From a virus (taxonomy: Duplodnaviria; Heunggongvirae; Uroviricota; Caudoviricetes): a DNA stretch of 5,183 nt. How positions within the stretch are numbered: position 1 is the stretch's first letter; the number at the start of each line of letters is the position of its first letter. Where the stretch lies: positions 1-5,183 of the IMG/VR virus record IMGVR_UViG_2778261571_000011; one strand, written 5' to 3'. Under the pieces are notes generated by a model that was not told the origin of the DNA, made no database searches, and worked only from the letters and a program-made list of their open reading frames with translations. The position numbers were made by a program, and so were the translations under genes. Positions 1 to 5,183 of this stretch are shown in pieces.

Positions 1-309
1 ATGATTCTGACTCTGAATGATAAGCGCGAAATATCGCAAATAATCGCAAGTTTTACTGATGCAGATTACGAGCGAATCAACAGTGAAGTTGATCGCCTCT
101 GCAAACGTTGCGACCCAATAAGCGAAATGCTTCGCTCATATAAACCAGATGAACACACTAAGGACGCTATCGACTGGCTGGAAGATGATGACTGTAACTA
201 TCAGGAAAAAGCCGCTGAATGGTTCTGGGATGCAATAACCGAAAGAGTTAAGGCTGAATATGCCTTCGCAATATTCAAACGCAGACATATTTTTGGAGAA
301 GCTGCATGA
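1..309 (+). CDS. Hypothetical phage protein (102 aa), function unknown
   Basis: ORF begins at ATG at position 1, so the true start could lie upstream of the window. Its TGA stop (307-309) overlaps the recT ATG (306-308) as ATGA, implying translational coupling. No recognisable motif. Confidence 0.5.
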   Translation: MILTLNDKREISQIIASFTDADYERINSEVDRLCKRCDPISEMLRSYKPDEHTKDAIDWLEDDDCNYQEKAAEWFWDAITERVKAEYAFAIFKRRHIFGEAA

Positions 310-1217
310 GCAATATCGTTGAATTCGTTAAACAGCAGGAGCAGTTATTCTGCGGAGCATTGACTGAACAGACGGTGACATGGGCTAAGGAAAGCCAGTT
401 TGCAATTCAGTATTTCCAGAAAAACGATTACCTTGCTAAAACGGCACTGGCAAATCCAACCAGCGCACAGAACGCCATCATCAATGTTGCGGCGATCGGC
501 ATCACCTTAAACCCGGCCAGCAAACTGGCTTATCTGGTTCCGCGCGACGGCATGGTGTGCCTTGATATCAGTTATATGGGATTGCTCCATATTGCAATGG
601 AGTCTGGTGTTATCTCATGGGGTCAGGCAAAACTTGTTCATGCTAACGATACCTATGAGTCAAACGGGCTTGATAAAGCACCAACCCATAAATACAACGC
701 CTTCGGTGATCGTGGTGATATCGTTGGCGTTTACTGCACAGTTAAGACGCCAGCAGGTGATTATCTAACGGAAGAGATGAGTCTGGCTGAAATTGAGGCT
801 GTAAGGAAAACAAGCAAGGCGGCCTTCAGCGATAAAGGACCATGGGTAAATCACTGGAATGAGATGGCGCGAAAGACGGTCGTAAAGCGTGCAAGCAAGT
901 ATTGGCCTAAGGCATCACGTCTTGATAGTGCTATTCACGTACTAAACGAAGAAGAAGGTGTGTGGACTGAACCAGTTATGCCGCACAAATCAGAGGAAGA
1001 TATCCGCGAAGATGAACGGAAACGCCAGCAGGAAATAATGGAAAAAGCACAACTTCTTTGTGATGAAATGGCTCAGGCTGAAAACATGGATGATTTGAAG
1101 AGATATTTTGCAGAAGCATATCGCCTGACATCTGGAATGAAATTGCAGCAGAACGTACAAGCCATTTACATAGAATGCAAAGCGAAACTGGAGGTTGCCA
1201 GTGAGCAAACTGTATGA
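306..1217 (+). CDS. recT: RecT-family single-strand annealing recombinase (RecT/Red-beta superfamily)
   Basis: 303-aa ORF with GGAGA Shine-Dalgarno at 295-299, 6 nt before the ATG. The segment GPWVNHWNEMARKTVVKRASKYWP closely resembles the conserved core of Rac-prophage RecT as I recall it (GPWVTHWEEMAKKTAIRRLFKYLP). Size and acidic C-terminus fit RecT. Confidence 0.85.
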   Translation: MSNIVEFVKQQEQLFCGALTEQTVTWAKESQFAIQYFQKNDYLAKTALANPTSAQNAIINVAAIGITLNPASKLAYLVPRDGMVCLDISYMGLLHIAMESGVISWGQAKLVHANDTYESNGLDKAPTHKYNAFGDRGDIVGVYCTVKTPAGDYLTEEMSLAEIEAVRKTSKAAFSDKGPWVNHWNEMARKTVVKRASKYWPKASRLDSAIHVLNEEEGVWTEPVMPHKSEEDIREDERKRQQEIMEKAQLLCDEMAQAENMDDLKRYFAEAYRLTSGMKLQQNVQAIYIECKAKLEVASEQTV

Positions 1218-1683
1218 AATTGCCAATGAATACGCAAAATTGATGGATTCAGATTTAGAACCAGAGATGATTGCTGACACAATAGAAGGCATGGAAGGAG
1301 AATTTACCGATAAAATAGAACAACTTCTCGCCATTATTAAAAATGAATCTGGTTATGCTGAACGCCTCAAGGAAGAGGCAAAGTCACTGAATGAACGAGC
1401 AGCAGTAATTCAAAATAAGATTGACAGCATCAAATCATATATAGCGTCATCGCTTGAAATGGTTGGCAAGAAAAAGATTAGAGCAGGTATTCACCAGGTA
1501 ACAATCCGCAAACCGTCAGAAACTGTAGAAATCATCGACTCAAGTGCCCTTCCTCCTGAATACGTTGAGTTTGAAACGACAATTAAAGCCGACAAGTTGG
1601 CAATCAAGCACCAACTAAAAGCAGGAATAAATATCCCAGGCGCTCAACTCAAGGTTGGGAAACCTTCACTTCTTATCAAATAA
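1201..1683 (+). CDS. Probable Siphovirus Gp157-family protein (RecT-associated, function unknown)
   Basis: ORF-track frame 1195..1683. I favour the GTG start at 1201, which has a GGAGG Shine-Dalgarno at 1190-1194 and 6-nt spacing. It overlaps the recT 3-prime end by 17 nt. Coiled-coil-rich N-terminus and position directly after recT match the Gp157 family from memory; not verified by search. Confidence 0.6.
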   Translation: MSKLYEIANEYAKLMDSDLEPEMIADTIEGMEGEFTDKIEQLLAIIKNESGYAERLKEEAKSLNERAAVIQNKIDSIKSYIASSLEMVGKKKIRAGIHQVTIRKPSETVEIIDSSALPPEYVEFETTIKADKLAIKHQLKAGINIPGAQLKVGKPSLLIK

Positions 1684-1694
1684 CGGTATCGACT

Positions 1695-2009
1695 ATGAAA
1701 AAGACTCCATGGGAGAAATGGGAAGTCGATTTCTTGCGCGAAGTGGCGGCGACAATGCCAGTTGAAGTTATCGCTGAAAAACTGGAAAGGACTGAAAAAG
1801 CAGTAATGGCGAAAGCAACAAGGATTGGCGCTGACATTGTTAGCCGACTTCGTGGAAGACGATGGACAAGAGCCGAAGTATCACTTTTCGGTAAGTTCTC
1901 CGCAGAAGAAATAGCAATTGCAACCTGCCGCTCAATTTATTCAGTAAGAGCTATGCGATACAAGCTAAAAAAACTCGATGAAGAAAGAGCGGGCATACGA
2001 ATAAATTAA
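1695..2009 (+). CDS. Small putative DNA-binding protein with two tandem HTH-like repeats (104 aa)
   Basis: Two internal repeats, WEKWEVDFL...[23 protein letters not shown] and WTRAEVSLF...[22 protein letters not shown]. Each contains an E-[VI]-I-A-x-x-L-x-R-[TS]-x-x-[AS]-V motif resembling LuxR/sigma-70 region-4 or Myb-type recognition helices. Inference from pattern only. Confidence 0.55.
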   Translation: MKKTPWEKWEVDFLREVAATMPVEVIAEKLERTEKAVMAKATRIGADIVSRLRGRRWTRAEVSLFGKFSAEEIAIATCRSIYSVRAMRYKLKKLDEERAGIRIN

Positions 2010-2025
2010 AAAAGAGGAATTTACC

Positions 2026-2190
2026 ATGAGAGGACTTGCATACAATCCCGGCATTCTTCCGGCAGAAATGATTATTCGCCAACGCGTAAAGCCAATGCCA
2101 TCGAGAGAGGAATTGCTAAAGAGAAATTCTTTTCCGTCAGTGAATCAAAACAAATATCTGAATGCGATGTGGCGGAGTGGGAAAAAATGA
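2026..2190 (+). CDS. Small basic protein, 54 aa ([54 protein letters not shown]); absent from the ORF track
   Basis: ATG at 2026 with AGAGGA Shine-Dalgarno at 2013-2018, 7-nt spacing. It fills the only otherwise unexplained gap in the operon. Its TGA stop (2188-2190) overlaps the ATG (2187-2189) of the next gene as ATGA. Confidence 0.45.
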   Translation: MRGLAYNPGILPAEMIIRQRVKPMPSREELLKRNSFPSVNQNKYLNAMWRSGKK

Positions 2191-2648
2191 AACAAATGAC
2201 ACTAATTGAGATGGATGGATTTCTGAAAGGTAAATGCATCCCATGTGATTTAAAGGTTAACGAAACAAACGCTGAATATCTGGTGCGTAAGTTCGGTGAG
2301 CTTGAATCAAAACTGGAAACGGCGTTGCGGGAGTGTCGTTCTGCTGGAATCACGATTGATAACCTTGAGGCTAAATGCGCGAAGATGGCTGCAGAAAATA
2401 CCTCGCTTAAGCAATCTGAGAAGGAATTTAATGACTTTTGTCGTGAGGAGTTTAGCGAATGGGAAGATGATGTTACTGAAACCCCAGCCACCGATGCTTT
2501 TCTGGCTGAAATTGAACGCAAAGCAATCCGCAAGTTCATTAACAGCATTGAACACATCCTGCGTGACAAACTGTCTCCGTATGACACCGAAGAGATGCTT
2601 GAGGCTATGCGTATTTTTCTGGAAGAACAGGAAGGTGAGCAAAAATGA
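2187..2648 (+). CDS. Acidic coiled-coil protein (153 aa from ATG 2187), possibly ead/Ea22-like
   Basis: The ORF track starts at GTG 2169. I prefer ATG 2187 because of the ATGA coupling with the upstream small ORF. Glu/Lys-rich heptad-like sequence; the [12 protein letters not shown] segment is reminiscent of Ea22-family proteins, from weak memory. Confidence 0.6.
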   Translation: MKQMTLIEMDGFLKGKCIPCDLKVNETNAEYLVRKFGELESKLETALRECRSAGITIDNLEAKCAKMAAENTSLKQSEKEFNDFCREEFSEWEDDVTETPATDAFLAEIERKAIRKFINSIEHILRDKLSPYDTEEMLEAMRIFLEEQEGEQK

Positions 2649-2962
2649 CGATCACAAAACAACGTGTAGAAGAAATCATATCCCGTATTGAAATGTATGG
2701 GCATGGTGCCGGGTATACCGCTGATGAGGTTTATGACCTTGCTGTACTGGCGCTGAATTTATCAAATATCGCAAAACTCAAGCGATACGAGCTTGATATG
2801 GATGGTTGTGACTCGTTCGGTCAGGATTGTGGCGCTGACATGACTGAAGATTCTGATGGCGATTATGTCCTGTTTGATGACGTGGTTAAGTTGTTTGAGT
2901 TTGATACAACCACTCAGAAGATAGAAAGCCCAGCAAAGGAGGCAGCCAGTGAGCGAGATTGA
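2645..2962 (+). CDS. Small strongly acidic protein (105 aa); N-terminal module shared with the DUF551 protein
   Basis: ATG 2645 overlaps the upstream stop (ATGA at 2645-2648); AGGTGA Shine-Dalgarno at 2633-2638. By my count about 24 Asp+Glu against 10 Lys+Arg, with an Asp-rich stretch (DMDGCDSFGQDCGADMTEDSDGDYVLFDD). The N-terminus [23 protein letters not shown] parallels MTTITKERLLTIKQWRETYGPGS of the 4124..4657 protein. Confidence 0.6.
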   Translation: MTITKQRVEEIISRIEMYGHGAGYTADEVYDLAVLALNLSNIAKLKRYELDMDGCDSFGQDCGADMTEDSDGDYVLFDDVVKLFEFDTTTQKIESPAKEAASERD

Positions 2963-3356
2963 CTATCAGGTACTGCGTGAGGCGGCAGAGAAAGCCGGTG
3001 AAGATAAGTGGCAGGCTAAAAAAATAAATGGTGATTTTTTCGTTATTCGTCACGGTAGTTATACAAGACAGCATGGCTACACATCGTATCAACCCATTGC
3101 GGAGATTGATTGTAAGCAAGTCCGGGATTTTGTTGCCAAGGCTAATCCGGCTACCGTGCTGGAATTACTGGATGAACTGGAAGAAGCAAAAAAGCGCATT
3201 GCAGAACTGGAAGCGCGGGAAATACTGCTCCCGGAACGTAGCAGCATGCTTCATAGAACAGATTTTCACGAGGATTACCAAACGGTAATGGCATACAAAG
3301 TTTCTGAGGTCATCGCTGCAATCCGCGCCGCTGGCATTCGCATCAAAGGAGAGTGA
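2949..3356 (+). CDS. Probable ead/Ea22-like family protein (135 aa)
   Basis: GTG start at 2949 with AAGGAGG at 2936-2942, 6-nt spacing; overlaps the upstream gene by 14 nt. N-terminus MSEIDYQVLREAAEKAGEDKWQA and coiled-coil LLDELEEAKKRIAELEARE resemble Ea22-like prophage proteins from memory. Confidence 0.55.
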   Translation: MSEIDYQVLREAAEKAGEDKWQAKKINGDFFVIRHGSYTRQHGYTSYQPIAEIDCKQVRDFVAKANPATVLELLDELEEAKKRIAELEAREILLPERSSMLHRTDFHEDYQTVMAYKVSEVIAAIRAAGIRIKGE

Positions 3357-3357
3357 G

Positions 3358-4113
3358 ATGATTCACTACCACGGTGGGCCTATTACTCCTGATACGTGCG
3401 CAATGAGAGCATGGAAAGGGCGACATGCGTTTATCAGTTTTGCGCATTCAGGCCAGATCAATCTCGCGGCTGAATACTGTCAGTCGTTCGCGCTGGACAA
3501 CGGTGCATTCACCGCCTGGAAAGCAGCTGGCAAAAACAAAATCGACTGGAGCGATTACTACGAGTTTGTCGCTCGCTGGAAGAATCACCCAGGATTCGAT
3601 TTTGCCATTATCCCTGATGTTATTGATGGCGGAGAGGAAGAAAATGATGCGCTTCTGAATGAGTGGCCTCACGGAAAACTAGCTGGCGTTCCAGTGTGGC
3701 ACATGAATGAAAGTGACGAGCGATTTATTCATTTGTGCAATGAGTTTCCGCGAGTGGCTATCGGTAGTTGTGGCGACTATGACGTAAAGCGCCCAACTCT
3801 TGCGGTAGCCAGAATGAAAGACCTGATTCGTCACATTGTTGATGAGCATGGTCAGCCGGTTACGAAACTACATGGATTGCGCATGTTAAATCCGCTGATA
3901 TTCACAAAATTACCCTTAGCCAGCGCAGATAGTACGAACGTCGCTCGAAACATCGGTATTGATAAAGCCTGGTCTGGGGCTTATGCACCTGCAAGTAAAG
4001 AGACACGCGCAGCATTAATGGTAGAACGGATTGAGGCACACAATAGCCCTGGTTCTCTTGCGTATTGTGAACAACGCGACCGCTTTGAAATGCAATTGCA
4101 ACTAGCAGTTTAA
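3358..4113 (+). CDS. Candidate TGT-superfamily (DpdA-like) transglycosylase, 251 aa; otherwise hypothetical
   Basis: AGGAG Shine-Dalgarno at 3347-3351, 6 nt before ATG 3358. An ordered motif series matches the TGT TIM-barrel active site: LDNGAF (aa 46-51, cf. TDSGGY), IIPDVIDGG (aa 84-92, cf. MAFDEC), IGSCGDY (aa 135-141, cf. AVGGLAVGE), LHGLRML (aa 171-177, cf. LMGVGKP), and ADSTNVAR (aa 190-197, cf. DMFDCVLPTR with the same Asp-to-Arg spacing). No Cys/His zinc motif. Motif-level inference only. Confidence 0.6.
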   Translation: MIHYHGGPITPDTCAMRAWKGRHAFISFAHSGQINLAAEYCQSFALDNGAFTAWKAAGKNKIDWSDYYEFVARWKNHPGFDFAIIPDVIDGGEEENDALLNEWPHGKLAGVPVWHMNESDERFIHLCNEFPRVAIGSCGDYDVKRPTLAVARMKDLIRHIVDEHGQPVTKLHGLRMLNPLIFTKLPLASADSTNVARNIGIDKAWSGAYAPASKETRAALMVERIEAHNSPGSLAYCEQRDRFEMQLQLAV

Positions 4114-4123
4114 GGATTAACAA

Positions 4124-4657
4124 ATGACCACTATAACCAAAGAGCGACTGCTGACAATCAAGCAGTGGCGCGAAACATACGGACCTGGTAGCAACGTTGT
4201 ACTGCCAGCAGAAGAAGCGGAAGAACTGGCGCGGATTGCACTGGCATCGCTGGAAGCAGAGCCGGTGGCGTGGAAGGCAACCTTCACGCAAATTGACAAT
4301 GAATATAATACGTTCACTGCTCTGTATTCTGACAAAGCAGAAGTCGAACGGTGGGTGCGACTGCATGAAATAGCTGACTTTCGGGCAGATATAACACCGC
4401 TTTATACAGCCCAACCAGCGCCGGTAGCTCCGGATGGTTGGATAAGCTGTAGTGAGCGAATGCCTGAAAAGAACCAGAACGTGCTTATTTCGGTGAATTT
4501 CGATAGTGATCTGGTTGAGCCGCTAATATGCTCCGCACGCTATACCGGAAGCACCTTTCGGCGCGGAGATGCAACGATTAAGCCGGGTAATGGTATTGAG
4601 CAAGCAACTCACTGGATACCTCTACCGGAACCGCCTCAGGAGGTTAACCGTGGCTAA
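4124..4657 (+). CDS. DUF551 domain-containing phage protein (177 aa)
   Basis: AAGGA Shine-Dalgarno at 4112-4116 overlapping the upstream TAA stop, 7 nt before the ATG. The C-terminal region WISCSERMPEKNQNVLISV...ATHWIPLPEPPQ matches the hallmark of DUF551 from enterobacterial prophages. Confidence 0.75.
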   Translation: MTTITKERLLTIKQWRETYGPGSNVVLPAEEAEELARIALASLEAEPVAWKATFTQIDNEYNTFTALYSDKAEVERWVRLHEIADFRADITPLYTAQPAPVAPDGWISCSERMPEKNQNVLISVNFDSDLVEPLICSARYTGSTFRRGDATIKPGNGIEQATHWIPLPEPPQEVNRG

Positions 4658-4719
4658 CCTGCAACTTGCCGTAAAAGGTGAATAACAATCCTCGCACTCG
4701 CGTGGATTTCTTTTATCTG

Positions 4720-4745
4720 AACTCGCTACGGCGAGTTTTGTTTTA
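4720..4745 (+). terminator. Candidate Rho-independent terminator ending the recT-to-DUF551 operon
   Basis: Perfect 7-bp stem AACTCGC / GCGAGTT (4720-4726 and 4731-4737) with a TACG loop, followed by the T-rich tract TTTGTTTTA. It lies 63 nt after the DUF551 stop. Confidence 0.45.
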
Positions 4746-4757
4746 TGGAGATGATAA

Positions 4758-4925
4758 ATGCACTTCCGAGTCACAGGTGAATGGAATGGAGAGTCATTCA
4801 ACAGGGTTATCGAAGCAGAGGACATCAACGACTGCTATAACCACTGGATGATATGGGCGCAGATAGCGCATGCAGACGTAACCAATATTCGAATTGAAGA
4901 ACTGAAAGAACACAAAAACGCCTGA
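4758..4925 (+). CDS. Small ORF, 55 aa (MHFRVTGEWNGESFNRVIEAEDINDCYNHWMIWAQIAHADVTNIRIEELKEHKNA); absent from the ORF track
   Basis: ATG at 4758 preceded by GGAG at 4747-4750, 7-nt spacing. It has no internal stops and is bracketed by two hairpin plus T-tract structures. Coding status is uncertain. Confidence 0.4.
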   Translation: MHFRVTGEWNGESFNRVIEAEDINDCYNHWMIWAQIAHADVTNIRIEELKEHKNA

Positions 4926-4937
4926 TGGCGGTTTTTT
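4914..4937 (+). terminator. Weaker terminator-like hairpin spanning the small-ORF stop codon
   Basis: AAAAACGCC (4914-4922), TGAT loop, GGCGG (4927-4931), then TTTTTT (4932-4937). Only 4 G-C pairs plus a bulged A-T extension; it might instead be part of an att arm. Confidence 0.3.
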
Positions 4938-4947
4938 ATTGCCTGAT

Positions 4948-4963
4948 TTGCAGGTTCGATTCC
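4948..4963 (+). other. Orphan tRNA T-arm fragment TTGCAGGTTCGATTCC; candidate integrase crossover core (att core)
   Basis: GCAGG (5-prime T-stem), TTCGATT (canonical T-loop) and CC, with no complementary 3-prime T-stem, acceptor stem or CCA following. From memory the 16 nt equal the matching stretch of E. coli tRNA-Arg(CCU) argW, the KplE1 integration target. Confidence 0.45.
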
Positions 4964-4982
4964 CTATTCGGAGATAGCACTC

Positions 4983-5183
4983 ATGCAACACGAACTACAG
5001 CCTGATTCACTGGTTGATTTGAAATTCATCATGGCTGATACTGGCTTCGGTAAAACCTTCATCTATGACCGGATTAAGTCCGGCGACCTGCCAAAAGCCA
5101 AAGTTATCCACGGACGCGCAAGATGGTTATATCGTGACCATTGTGAATTCAAAAATAAGCTCTTAAGCCGCGCTAATGGGTAA
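4983..5183 (+). CDS. torI: Winged-helix excisionase / recombination directionality factor (Xis/TorI-like, 66 aa)
   Basis: GGAGA Shine-Dalgarno at 4970-4974, 8 nt before the ATG. The core TFIYDRIKSGDLPKAKVIHGRARWLY parallels lambda Xis (TVRRWVRECRIFPPPVKDGREYLF). The 66-aa length and N-terminus MQHELQPDSLVDLKF match my recollection of TorI of prophage KplE1; the symbol is tentative. Confidence 0.75.
   Translation: MQHELQPDSLVDLKFIMADTGFGKTFIYDRIKSGDLPKAKVIHGRARWLYRDHCEFKNKLLSRANG

Larger units (their letters stand above)
1..5183. mobile_element. Segment of a lambdoid/KplE1-like temperate phage or prophage: recombination, accessory ('ea'-type) and excision modules
   Basis: Gene content (RecT-family recombinase, Gp157-like, Ea22-like, DUF551, winged-helix excisionase), uniform + strand polarity and tight translational coupling. 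No integrase or bacterial housekeeping gene in the window. Confidence 0.8.

Noticed and set aside
562-768. Same-strand alternative-frame ORFs (562..768, 2296..2691, 3028..3288, 3425..3658)
   Set aside because: Nested out of frame inside longer genes that have clear motifs and start contexts.
1195-1200. TTG 1195 as start of the Gp157-like gene
   Set aside because: GTG 1201 sits 6 nt after a GGAGG Shine-Dalgarno. TTG 1195 would start inside that Shine-Dalgarno.
990-1334. 114-aa minus-strand ORF across the recT/Gp157 junction
   Set aside because: Antisense to the RecT C-terminus and the Gp157-like N-terminus; low-complexity translation.
2169-2186. GTG 2169 as start of the 2169..2648 gene
   Set aside because: ATG 2187 forms an ATGA overlap with the upstream small ORF and has a purine-rich stretch ahead. 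The GTG extension would overlap the small ORF by 22 nt. Not excluded.
2072-2704. 210-aa minus-strand ORF (with the nested 2307..2642 minus ORF)
   Set aside because: Antisense to well-supported plus-strand genes. Its Ser/Leu-rich, low-complexity translation is the typical mirror of a Glu-rich coiled-coil gene. No ribosome-binding site context.
3358-4113. PAPS-reductase-like or methyltransferase identity for the 251-aa protein
   Set aside because: No PP-loop (SGGxDS) and no SAM-binding glycine-rich motif. The ordered Asp/Gly motifs fit a TGT-like barrel better.
3902-4414. 170-aa minus-strand ORF (and 4117..4335 minus)
   Set aside because: Antisense to the TGT-like and DUF551 genes. Cys/Arg-rich translation with no start context; it would break the co-directional coupled operon.
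4948-4963. A complete tRNA gene
   Set aside because: Only the 5-prime T-stem and T-loop are present. The following bases cannot form the 3-prime T-stem, and there is no acceptor stem or CCA. It is a fragment, consistent with an att core rather than a gene.
4622-4991. Minus-strand ORFs 4622..4828 and 4794..4991
   Set aside because: They cover the terminator hairpins, the candidate att core and the excisionase start on the opposite strand. No Shine-Dalgarno; more parsimonious as non-coding.
1-5183. CRISPR array, IS element, integrase, toxin-antitoxin pair or Lar/Ral-type anti-restriction gene
   Set aside because: No direct-repeat/spacer periodicity, no terminal inverted repeats with a transposase, no tyrosine-recombinase-sized ORF. 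The gene after recT lacks the Lar-type CPFCG zinc-ribbon motif.

Overview
The window reads as one densely packed, co-directional (+ strand) phage/prophage accessory operon of Enterobacteriaceae type, running from a recombination module to the excision module. In order: a 102-aa unknown protein, a RecT-family annealing protein, a probable Gp157-family protein, a small protein with two HTH-like repeats, a 54-aa small ORF missing from the ORF track, two acidic proteins, a probable Ea22-like protein, a 251-aa protein whose motifs resemble tRNA-guanine transglycosylase (TGT/DpdA), a DUF551 protein, a hairpin-flanked 55-aa small ORF, a 16-nt tRNA T-arm fragment that may be an att core, and a 66-aa winged-helix excisionase ending at the window edge. 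Most genes are translationally coupled (overlapping ATGA or 10-20 nt gaps). No rRNA, complete tRNA, CRISPR array, IS element or integrase is visible. The two most notable candidates are the TGT/DpdA-like enzyme, which could modify DNA with 7-deazaguanine, and the orphan tRNA fragment just upstream of the excisionase. All product calls rest on motif recognition and recalled family sequences; no database search was run.
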